Of a stretch of 64,000 nt of DNA, positions 19,681 to 27,702 are shown piece after piece. Each line of letters starts with the position of its first letter. The first letter of the stretch is position 1. The translations under genes were made by a program, and so were the position numbers. The notes under the pieces were generated by a model. It was given only the letters and a program-made list of their open reading frames with translations. It was not told the DNA's origin and did not search any database. Source of the stretch: a virus (lineage: Duplodnaviria > Heunggongvirae > Uroviricota > Caudoviricetes). The stretch lies in IMG/VR virus record IMGVR_UViG_3300042922_001018; one strand, written 5' to 3'.

Positions 19681-19830
19681 CCGCTCGTATAGGGCGGGGT
19701 TGGTTCATTCATGCAATAGAACAAGGGGAGTCTCTATAGGGGCTAGTACCGCGGACACCGGATACAAGCTGCGAGTGCAGCCGAACTCAGATTCCCGCAA
19801 AAAGTTTCTCGCGAGGTGCATAAAGGGTGT

Positions 19831-22164
19831 ATGAGCAAGCTGGGAATCATCGCACCATCGAACTTGGTTCAGTTCTTCAAGCAACTGGGCGTAGAAGTCA
19901 TCGAATCGCAGACCGGGGAACGCGAGTCTGCCGTAGCCATCACGAACGCTGTCTCGGCAGCGCCCGGAAGCGCACCGCGCTTCCCCATCCTCATCCACGG
20001 AGCCGTAGAGTTCATGGGCGCAAGCGCCTGGCTCCGCGCCATGACGACGACCCGCGGGTACACCGCCCTTATCCTCGGTGGAGACCCCGAGCAGTTCAAG
20101 AACGCCGGGGAAGCTTCGCACCTCGCGCTTCCCGCCTCGATGCAGGACGTTTTCGTCGCGCTCGGTCCTGAATTCGCAGGCATCGCTGCCAACAACCGTT
20201 TCGGAAACCTCGTCGTGGGCGAAGACTACGGAATCACCGATGCTACGGCCGCTGTTGCCGAAGCCCCCGCTCCCCAGCAGGAATCCGTCTACGCGGACCT
20301 GCCCGAAGACCTCATCCCCGCACCCGTCTCCACCGAGACTACGAGCGCGCCCACATGGGCGCAGGCTGCCCCTTCCCCTGCTCAGCAGCCTGCACCTGTC
20401 CCGGTCGTTCCCGTAGCTCCGGTGGATGCGGATGTCCCGGCATGGGCACAGGCAGCCGTTCCCGCTCCTGCGCCCGCTCCGGCGGCAGCGCCCACCGTTC
20501 CTGCGCCCGCTCTTGCGCCGGAAACGGGTGCGGGTGATGACACTCCTGCCGAACCGCTTCCGGTGCTGACGCCAGAAGCGTACGAGGCGACTTTCGAGGA
20601 AGAGGCTCCGGTCGCTGCACCGCAGCCTGCTCCCGTCCAGGAATGGACGCAGGCGGCTCCGCCGGTCGGCGAGCCGGTCTACCGTCCCGAGCAGGTTTCA
20701 ACCCCCGCTCCGACTGGCGCGCCGCTTACGCGACGTGAAGCTGCCGCGCTGGCAGCAGCCCAGGCCGCAGCGACCAGCGCTCCCGTGCAGGAAGACGCCC
20801 CCGCGTGGGCCACAGACCCGACTCCGACCCCCGCGCCTCAGCCTGCGTTCACCCCTGAGCCTGTCGCTCAGCCTGCGTTCACTCCGGCACCGACCCCGCA
20901 GCCGGAGCCGGAAGCGCCTGCCGCACAGGTTCCCTTCGTGCAGACTCCGGCTGTCCAGCCGTTCGTGGCCCCCGCACTCGCACCGGCCCCCGCCCCGACG
21001 ACGCCAGAGCGGAAGCTCACCGTCTTCGACCCGTACAGTGGCGGTACGTCCACCGCGCCGGTACACACGTACGAGCAGAATCCGGCTCCCGCGGCACAGC
21101 CCGCTCCGACTCCTGCACCTGAGCCGACGTTCGCACCTGAGCCGACTCCGTCCATCCCCGTGTTCAACCCGGCTTCCCCGCCGTCGGCGCACCAGCCGCT
21201 TCCTGTCCCGGTAATGCCGCGTCCGGAAGCCGACTACGCCCTGCCTGCCCAGCAGGCTCCGGCCTACGTCGAACCTCCGGCATACACAGCTCCTCGCATG
21301 GAGCCGGTGCCGAGCACCTTCGCTGGCCCACGAGCCAAGATTGTCGCTTCGTTCGCCGGTAAGGGTGGCGTAACGAAGACGACGACTGCCCTCATCATGG
21401 CGAAGAAGGCGGCGGACGCTCGCCTGCGGACTGTCGTCATCGACATGGACAAGGGCCAGGACAACGTCGCGGCGTACATGCGTCTGCGTTCGGCTTCTCT
21501 CCCGACCATCTTCGATGCTGTCGCCGCCGGTCGCCCGGAAGCTGCACTCATCACCCCTGACCAGTACGGAAAGTTCCGTCACGAGGCCGCAGGTCGTCTT
21601 GACTTCGCTGTCGTCTTCGGTCCGGGCAACGAGCACGCGTCGAACCACCCTTCGCTCACGAGCGATGTCTACCGCCAGGTCATCGACTTCGCTGCCGCAA
21701 ACGCCGACCTCGTGATTCTGGACACCCAGATTCTCAAGGCCGACCGGAGCGCTTCGAAGCTGTTCTACGATGTGGTCGCTCCTCTTCTCGTCGAGGAGGC
21801 GTACGGCGTCGGCATCACCGACCAGTCGCGCGCGGGTCTCGAAGACCTGGAGAACCGCCTGAAGGAACTCCAGAAGAACGAGGGGCTGACCCGCGACCGC
21901 ATGCTCATCATGGCCGCGAACACGACTGGATTCAACCAGACCCAGGCGGAGTCCTTCGCTCGCCGCTTCCGCACCTACGGCGACTTCATCGGCGCTACGT
22001 CTTCTGACGATGCGTTCAAGGCGCAGCTCAACGTAGGTCGTATCGACGCAGACTCGCCCGCCGTGTCCGCGACGATGGATGCTATCCTTCACAAGGTGAC
22101 GGGCAACGATGTGTTCGCGCCCAAGCCGGTGAAGAAGCGCCGCGGTCTCTTCGGCCGCGGCTGA
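19831..22164 (+). CDS. MinD/ParA/CpaE(TadZ)-like ATPase with long Pro/Ala linker
   Basis: Deviant Walker A GKGGVTKTT, VVIDMD, LVILDT; basic/hydrophobic tail KKRRGLFGRG resembling the MinD membrane-targeting sequence. Confidence 0.8.
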   Translation: MSKLGIIAPSNLVQFFKQLGVEVIESQTGERESAVAITNAVSAAPGSAPRFPILIHGAVEFMGASAWLRAMTTTRGYTALILGGDPEQFKNAGEASHLALPASMQDVFVALGPEFAGIAANNRFGNLVVGEDYGITDATAAVAEAPAPQQESVYADLPEDLIPAPVSTETTSAPTWAQAAPSPAQQPAPVPVVPVAPVDADVPAWAQAAVPAPAPAPAAAPTVPAPALAPETGAGDDTPAEPLPVLTPEAYEATFEEEAPVAAPQPAPVQEWTQAAPPVGEPVYRPEQVSTPAPTGAPLTRREAAALAAAQAAATSAPVQEDAPAWATDPTPTPAPQPAFTPEPVAQPAFTPAPTPQPEPEAPAAQVPFVQTPAVQPFVAPALAPAPAPTTPERKLTVFDPYSGGTSTAPVHTYEQNPAPAAQPAPTPAPEPTFAPEPTPSIPVFNPASPPSAHQPLPVPVMPRPEADYALPAQQAPAYVEPPAYTAPRMEPVPSTFAGPRAKIVASFAGKGGVTKTTTALIMAKKAADARLRTVVIDMDKGQDNVAAYMRLRSASLPTIFDAVAAGRPEAALITPDQYGKFRHEAAGRLDFAVVFGPGNEHASNHPSLTSDVYRQVIDFAAANADLVILDTQILKADRSASKLFYDVVAPLLVEEAYGVGITDQSRAGLEDLENRLKELQKNEGLTRDRMLIMAANTTGFNQTQAESFARRFRTYGDFIGATSSDDAFKAQLNVGRIDADSPAVSATMDAILHKVTGNDVFAPKPVKKRRGLFGRG

Positions 22165-22173
22165 CGGGAAGAC

Positions 22174-22986
22174 GTGTCCAAGTATCAGGCGATTCGCGGG
22201 TACCTGGGCCGACTGGATGACATCTGGGCGCGTCTCGCGTACATTCCTTTCGGTCTTGTAGACCTCTCGCAGTATCCGGCCGAGTGCCTCGGGGCGGTTG
22301 TCCCGAGGCACATCGGCGAGCACACGGTCGTGTGGTCAGACGTACCCGTCATCCTCGACGAAGAACATGACATCGAGTGGATTTCGGAAGTCGGCCGAGG
22401 CCGGGTGACGGCGTACACCGACGGCGAGATGCACGGTACGCTGCCCGCCGAACTCATCGAGCTTGCGCCGCTGCGTGTTCTTCGACAGAAGGGCAAGGAA
22501 GCTGCCTGGGAACTCGTCATGCGACTGGAACCGTACGTTCTCTCGCTGGTCCTCGGCGCTGCGCGTCGTATCGCTGCGGAGGTAGGTCAGCCGGGCAGCG
22601 TGCTCGACGACGTAGCGGCTGACGAGGTGACGGACGAGCTGGTTACAGGTGGCCTGGTGCTGAAGCTCGTTGAGCGTCTTGCGACGACGGAGAAGCTGCT
22701 GAGCCAGTCACTCGGTTCCTACCTGCACATCAACCTCCGTTCGATGGCGGAGACGGCTGTTCGACGCCGCATCGGCGACCCCCATGTGGGCCGTAAGATT
22801 CGCCGTGTTTTCGCGGAATCTGGCGCTTCCTCGATGCCGGAACTCCTGGCCTATTACCGTGACAAGTACCCCTCGGAAAAGGTATCTGAGAAGCGTGCAC
22901 TTGCGGCACTGTCGGCTGGTAGTCTAGTCGGAGCGAGCGCTTTGCCGTTCGATGAAACCATCTTCGAGGAGTCCCATGACCGCTGA
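22174..22986 (+). CDS. Hypothetical protein (helical, possibly DNA-binding)
   Basis: Operonic ORF with suitable codon usage. Confidence 0.65.
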   Translation: MSKYQAIRGYLGRLDDIWARLAYIPFGLVDLSQYPAECLGAVVPRHIGEHTVVWSDVPVILDEEHDIEWISEVGRGRVTAYTDGEMHGTLPAELIELAPLRVLRQKGKEAAWELVMRLEPYVLSLVLGAARRIAAEVGQPGSVLDDVAADEVTDELVTGGLVLKLVERLATTEKLLSQSLGSYLHINLRSMAETAVRRRIGDPHVGRKIRRVFAESGASSMPELLAYYRDKYPSEKVSEKRALAALSAGSLVGASALPFDETIFEESHDR

Positions 22987-23401
22987 CATGACTGAGCTGT
23001 CCGTAGCTCACGCAGCGGCTCGCCGAGTCCGCGCTGAGTGGCTGGCTGGCCTGGAGCAGGGCTTCGTGACGCTCGCTGACTTTCTCGCCTTCGCGGCCGA
23101 CAGCACCGATGAGTCATCCCGTGAAGCTGTTCGGCGTATGCGCCTGGTTTCGGTCCTCGGCGCGGCGTTGAACAGCCGTCCCCGCGCGTATTCGGCCGTT
23201 GTTCACATCCTGGCTGTTGCTCACAATGACCGAGACTCGAAGCTCGAATACCCCGCACCCAGCAAGCTTCGGGTGTCGTGGCTGTTCGACAAGCGTACGC
23301 ATGGCAAGCGCATCCTGATGCTCGCGGATGCGCTCACCCCGCGTAACGCCCCTCCTGTTCTAGGGTTCCCTTTCCGCGTGCCGAAGGCGGCTGCGGCATG
23401 A
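22976..23401 (+). CDS. Actinobacterial integration host factor (mIHF/sIHF)-like protein
   Basis: AAARRVRAE...LEQGFVTLADFL...AVRRMRLVSVL parallels mIHF AAARRARAE...LKRGGTNLTQVL...VLGKMKVSALL (recalled); GAGGAG RBS. Confidence 0.6.
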   Translation: MTADMTELSVAHAAARRVRAEWLAGLEQGFVTLADFLAFAADSTDESSREAVRRMRLVSVLGAALNSRPRAYSAVVHILAVAHNDRDSKLEYPAPSKLRVSWLFDKRTHGKRILMLADALTPRNAPPVLGFPFRVPKAAAA

Positions 23402-24234
23402 GCACTCTAGACGAACAGAAGACTTCCGCCCTTGTATCGACAGCGCTCGGTACAACGGGCGCGGCGCGTCGGCGTGCCGAGAACAACCTCATCGAGTACC
23501 TCTACCGCTCTGGCGTAATGGAGGTGTGGGCGAACTCGCTGGCGAATCGCCACGGTGAAGTCGGTGTCCGCCACAGAGAAGACCTCGTAGGGGTCATTGC
23601 GGTGGCCCTAACCAAGTGGCTTCAAGACCTCGAAGTGTCCCGCCTCGAAGACGTGAAGTCCTGGCCTTCGTTCATGTTCCGCATCGCGGCGTTCGGTGTT
23701 CGCGACTACCTGAACTCCTCCCAGGTGACAGTCGCATCGAAGATGTCCGCCTTCGCTCGGCGTACTCGGTACATCGGGTACGCTCAGGAGAAGCTCCGAG
23801 ACGACCTGGGACGGGAACCTACTCGCGAGGAGGTCATCGAGTTCGCGAACGCTGAGGCCGCTCGTCGTCTGAAAGACCCGAAGCGCCAGGGCGCTCTCAT
23901 CGACCACCAGGACTTCGGGGACGTTGCCCGCCCGGCTGCGGATGTCTCCGAGCTGAACATGAGTTCTCCGGCCGCAGACAGCAACCTCGCAGAACGCATG
24001 CAGGTAGAGTCCGCGATGGACCGCGTATTGTCCGAGTGCCAGCGCCGGTCGCCGAACGACGAGCAGCTCATGAGCGTGGTCAACGAGTGGGTAGACATCG
24101 TCGCTTCCGGAGACGAACCCACGCCGCACATCATCTCGCGCTCGCTGGGTCTGTCCATGACGGCTACCGCCCGTGCGCTAGACACACTGAACTCGGTCCT
24201 GGCCGACATGCGCCGGGAGTCAGTAGCGGCCTGA
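23398..24234 (+). CDS. Divergent sigma70-family sigma factor-like protein
   Basis: Region-2-like EDL...VRDYL, region-3 LGREPTREEV, C-terminal HTH-like ISRSLGLSMTATARAL. Confidence 0.65.
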   Translation: MSTLDEQKTSALVSTALGTTGAARRRAENNLIEYLYRSGVMEVWANSLANRHGEVGVRHREDLVGVIAVALTKWLQDLEVSRLEDVKSWPSFMFRIAAFGVRDYLNSSQVTVASKMSAFARRTRYIGYAQEKLRDDLGREPTREEVIEFANAEAARRLKDPKRQGALIDHQDFGDVARPAADVSELNMSSPAADSNLAERMQVESAMDRVLSECQRRSPNDEQLMSVVNEWVDIVASGDEPTPHIISRSLGLSMTATARALDTLNSVLADMRRESVAA

Positions 24235-24437
24235 TGTCAACTGACTGGCCGTGCCTGGTATCGGAGGCGTCTGTATCTGCTTCGGCATACCGCCGCCATC
24301 AACACGAGCTGCTGACCGCTCTTTTCGGGCCTGCTTTCTTCGCCCCGGAGCTAGAACCAGAGAACCCCGTTGAGGTGTCCCAGCGCCGTCGGCGTGCGTA
24401 TGATGACGACTATCCCCGGCGGCGCCGACGACGCTGA
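24234..24437 (+). CDS. Small hypothetical protein with Arg-rich tail
   Basis: TGATG overlap with the sigma-like gene. Confidence 0.45.
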   Translation: MSTDWPCLVSEASVSASAYRRHQHELLTALFGPAFFAPELEPENPVEVSQRRRRAYDDDYPRRRRRR

Positions 24438-24481
24438 GGCGCTGTAACTCCGACCTGTTTGGCTGTGCTATGCTTGCTAGC

Positions 24482-25135
24482 ATGACTGCAATCGCACCCC
24501 AGGCGGGCGCTCAGGTTACACCGGCTGCACGATTTGCCCTTCTTACCGCCCTGGAGGCGGCTATCAAGGCCGAAAAAGAGCCGCTGAAAGCTGAGCTTAT
24601 CGCCCAAGCACGCGCAACCGATGCCACGGGATTCAACTCCCCGTTCGGCAAAATCTCCATCACCCAGCCGCAGGCGTCGGTCTCGGTGAGTGACGAGTCC
24701 GCATTCGTGGACTACATCGAGGAGACCCTCCCCAACGCCATCCAGACCATCAAAATCGCCGCCGAATGGGCGCGGGCTTCCCTGCTCGACCGGCTCGTGT
24801 ATGTCGAGAGCGGCGTACTCGTGAACGGCGCGTACGTCCCCGACGCTACGGTCATGGCTGTTCAGCCGGACCCGGACGCCGACCCTGACGCTCCCGAAGA
24901 GGTCGTCGTGTTCGCGGTGGACGGTACGCCGCTGGACGATGCGGTAGTGAAGAGCTTCTTCGTGGACCCGTCCACGGACCGAGTGCTCGACTTCGTCGCG
25001 CTGAAGCCCGCAGGCGACGCCTACCCGGCCTTCCCTTCGTCCCCGAACAAGAAGGCGGCTGTCGCAGCCGCCCGAGACTTCCTCAGCGGCGCCGCTCCTC
25101 AGCTCGTTGACGCCGTGAAGGAGCTGACTGCGTGA
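24482..25135 (+). CDS. Phage/plasmid-type hypothetical protein (N-terminal coiled coil)
   Basis: TATGCT-7nt-ATG; strong coding bias. Confidence 0.7.
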   Translation: MTAIAPQAGAQVTPAARFALLTALEAAIKAEKEPLKAELIAQARATDATGFNSPFGKISITQPQASVSVSDESAFVDYIEETLPNAIQTIKIAAEWARASLLDRLVYVESGVLVNGAYVPDATVMAVQPDPDADPDAPEEVVVFAVDGTPLDDAVVKSFFVDPSTDRVLDFVALKPAGDAYPAFPSSPNKKAAVAAARDFLSGAAPQLVDAVKELTA

Positions 25136-26061
25136 GCGATGTCTTCTACGGCGACTCTACGCCGCCGGACTACGATGGTCGCGTTTCACGCGGCGCTTCG
25201 CCTGACGGCCCTCCGATGCCGCGTGAGACTCCGGTCTCTGTGTCTGTGCTGACGGCTCCGGAGCCGGAGGACTCGGAAGAGTCTTCGGGCGACCTGTCGA
25301 AGCTGGAACAGCAGCAGAACTCCTGGCTCCAGAAGTCGCAGGCCCGCGTCAACCCCGACCGCATCCTGTCGGCCATCATCGCACTGGTGCTAGTCATCAC
25401 CGTGATGGCCGCGTCGTTCATCTTCTCGTTCACTGCCATCTATGAGGCAGCAGAGTGGACCGGCCAGCCGCAGTGGGTCTGGATTTTCGCCCCCATCTAC
25501 ATCGACGGTGCAATCCTCGCCTACACCACGGCGCGAGTGCTCCAGCGGTGGCGTGGCGAGCCGGGCAAGTGGTCCATGTTCTTCCTCTTCCTGTACACCG
25601 CACTCTCGGTGGCGGTGAACTTTGCTCACGTTGCATCGTTCTGGGAGTGGACGTTCGCGGAGCCGGAATCCTGGTTCGGCATCGCCATCGCCTGTGCTGC
25701 CCCTATCGCGGCTCTCGGTACGGCTGAGCAGATTATCCACCTCATCTTCAAGCGTCCCGGCAAGACGAAGAAGAGCTTCCTGAACCGCGCTTTCGACCGG
25801 TTCACGGACCCGGAGAGCGACGCTACCTACCTGGAAACGAAGGAGCGTACGATGAAGGCCGACGCGTTCGACCCTAACGACGTTCCGAAGCCCGCTGAGG
25901 CGGCGCAGGAGCCTGCTGGAGCACCTGAGACCGCCTCACTGGTCCTGCCAGCCACAGAGGCTCAGACGACGCCTCAGACGCCCGTAGAGCGCGCTCCAGA
26001 CCCAGCCGGGTTGACGGGCTTCCATGAGCTGATGACCGGCTCGACGCGGGCGACGAGCTGA
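25132..26061 (+). CDS. DUF2637-family four-TM protein (actinobacterial plasmid/ICE spread-type)
   Basis: SFTAI..AA...PIYIDG...SVAVNFAH...APIA pattern. Confidence 0.7.
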   Translation: MSDVFYGDSTPPDYDGRVSRGASPDGPPMPRETPVSVSVLTAPEPEDSEESSGDLSKLEQQQNSWLQKSQARVNPDRILSAIIALVLVITVMAASFIFSFTAIYEAAEWTGQPQWVWIFAPIYIDGAILAYTTARVLQRWRGEPGKWSMFFLFLYTALSVAVNFAHVASFWEWTFAEPESWFGIAIACAAPIAALGTAEQIIHLIFKRPGKTKKSFLNRAFDRFTDPESDATYLETKERTMKADAFDPNDVPKPAEAAQEPAGAPETASLVLPATEAQTTPQTPVERAPDPAGLTGFHELMTGSTRATS

Positions 26062-26456
26062 TGCCGGTGGTGAGTCACGAAGAGCAGCTTCAGGCGGACC
26101 TCGTTGAGCGGGTCGTCGAACTCGGGTTCGATGAAGTCTGGCAGATTCCTGCCCCGGTGGCACTGGCGTGGATGCGTCATGTGCTGGGGGATGGATTCTC
26201 TGCGGAGGACATCACGCGGGACGTGCTGCTGAACACACTGACGGACTACATCGGCCAGTTCGACTCGGCCGTTACGGTCTTGAAGACCGCAGCGCAGCAG
26301 GCCTACCCGAAGATTTCGTTCGAGCGCTTCCCGTTCTCCCACATCGACTGGGATGCGGCAGCGAAGGTCTACATGGAGCATGGTGTCCTCGTCGTAGGCG
26401 ATGGACACTACTTCGACCGCGACCACAACGCGTTCTCGCTCGAAGACATCATCTGA
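26061..26456 (+). CDS. ArdA-like antirestriction protein (C-terminal-type domain)
   Basis: Acidic; YIGQFDS...HIDWDAAAK...GHYF resembles the ArdA C-terminus. Confidence 0.55.
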   Translation: MPVVSHEEQLQADLVERVVELGFDEVWQIPAPVALAWMRHVLGDGFSAEDITRDVLLNTLTDYIGQFDSAVTVLKTAAQQAYPKISFERFPFSHIDWDAAAKVYMEHGVLVVGDGHYFDRDHNAFSLEDII

Positions 26457-26460
26457 CACG

Positions 26461-26507
26461 ATGCGAAGAGGGCCGGTACAGACAGTCTGTACCGGCCCTC
26501 TTCGCAT
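26461..26507. terminator. 23-bp perfect palindrome between convergent genes
   Basis: ATGCGAAGAGGGCCGGTACAGAC-A-GTCTGTACCGGCCCTCTTCGCAT. Confidence 0.7.
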
Positions 26508-26519
26508 TCCTGCGAACGT

Positions 26520-27107
26520 CTATCCCTCTGGGAGAGAGTCCTTCTTCTCGGGCTGGGCACCGTCCGCGGGCACATCGGCGATGGCTTCGATGATACGGTC
26601 ACGCTCGGCCGGGTCCATCGTGAACAGTACATCACCTTCGAAGGCCCACCAGGCTGCGGTCTCTTGGGCGCGTTCCTGCGCGTAGTCACTGCCCTGCCCG
26701 AGGATTCCTCGGAAGTGGGAGGGCTCTTGGGAATGCGCTCCGTCTTCGACCCAGCGCTCGAACTGGGCGATGTTCGCTTCGAGGTTCTGGCCCACGAAGT
26801 AGACGGTGCGCGTCGAGCCGTCGTCCATGGTGATTTCGTGCTCGGCAGTCTCAGGCGCCTCGTCGCGGCTGCGCAGCCGGATGAGGCTCTTGCGCTGTCC
26901 ACCGGTCTCGTACTCGGTAGCGCCCATGTACGGCATGTGGTAGACCTGCATGCCCGGCTTGCCTGCGTCCCAGTCACGTCGTTCGAGAGGCTGGACGAGG
27001 TCGAAGTTGTCATAGCCCTCATCGTCGAGGCCGATGCTGGGCGCGGTTCCGGTCTTCGGGGCGTACTTGCCGTCGTTCGCGCGGGGGTGCTTCTCGTCTT
27101 CGTACAT
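26520..27107 (-). CDS. Leader-tagged protein 18 (isolated, minus strand)
   Basis: MYEDEKHPRANDGKYAPKTGTAPSIGL; TATTCT-6nt-ATG. Confidence 0.8.
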   Translation of the reverse strand: MYEDEKHPRANDGKYAPKTGTAPSIGLDDEGYDNFDLVQPLERRDWDAGKPGMQVYHMPYMGATEYETGGQRKSLIRLRSRDEAPETAEHEITMDDGSTRTVYFVGQNLEANIAQFERWVEDGAHSQEPSHFRGILGQGSDYAQERAQETAAWWAFEGDVLFTMDPAERDRIIEAIADVPADGAQPEKKDSLPEG

Positions 27108-27121
27108 GTTCTAAGAATAGC

Positions 27122-27153
27122 AGAACGCCCCGCGGTTCTCCACGGGGCGTTCT
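27122..27153 (-). terminator. Terminator after nrdH
   Basis: AGAACGCCCCG...CGGGGCGTTCT. Confidence 0.6.
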
Positions 27154-27170
27154 CGGTTCTGCGGGGCAGG

Positions 27171-27467
27171 TCAGGCGGCGACGAGGGACGCGCTCTTGAC
27201 CCATTCGTCGAGCTTGTCGGGGTCGTACCCGGTCCACTTGTCCGTGATGTTCCCCTCGGTGTCGCGAACGACGAGCGTGGGCATCTGGAGGTTCTTCAGT
27301 CCGTTGACGACGAAGTCGTACGCCTCCGGGTCGGTGGTCACGTCGATGTAGACGTAGTCACCGTTCTCGTGCTTGAAGCCCTTCGAACTCAGGTGACGCA
27401 CGCTGCCGGTGCACTGCACGCAACCGGGCTTCGAGTAGAGGGTGAGGGTGGTGGCGGAATCGGCCAT
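27171..27467 (-). CDS. nrdH: NrdH-like glutaredoxin
   Basis: TLYSKPGCVQC active site; WTGY.PDKL resembles NrdH WSGFRPD. Confidence 0.85.
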   Translation of the reverse strand: MADSATTLTLYSKPGCVQCTGSVRHLSSKGFKHENGDYVYIDVTTDPEAYDFVVNGLKNLQMPTLVVRDTEGNITDKWTGYDPDKLDEWVKSASLVAA

Positions 27468-27510
27468 TGGGGGTGTTGCTCCTTCTTAGGTGAATGTTTC
27501 GGTAGGGGTG

Positions 27511-27519
27511 TGTAGGCGG
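27511..27519 (-). promoter_or_regulatory. CCGCCTACA motif upstream of nrdH
   Basis: TGTAGGCGG on +; TCCACCGCCTACA context shared with the 15429 copy. Confidence 0.55.
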
Positions 27520-27702
27520 TGGAAAGAGACCGCCGAGAGTCTGCCGAACGAGGTGGAAACATCCATGATAGCCCCACTTCGACACGACGGCGAACGTGGT
27601 CTGAGTGTCGTCATCTTGTGCTACGATGGGAAAGTCAGCCTTCGCGGGCGGGGCCGGATGTGAAGCCCCGCGAACCGTGTTAGACTGTTCGCGCCTTAGA
27701 CA

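Noticed and set aside
20698-22323. 541-aa minus-strand ORF (likewise 4269-5615, 30522-32177, 34590-36065, 52234-53607, 55699-57078, 58379-59707)
   Set aside because: Each lies opposite a gene with clear family motifs.
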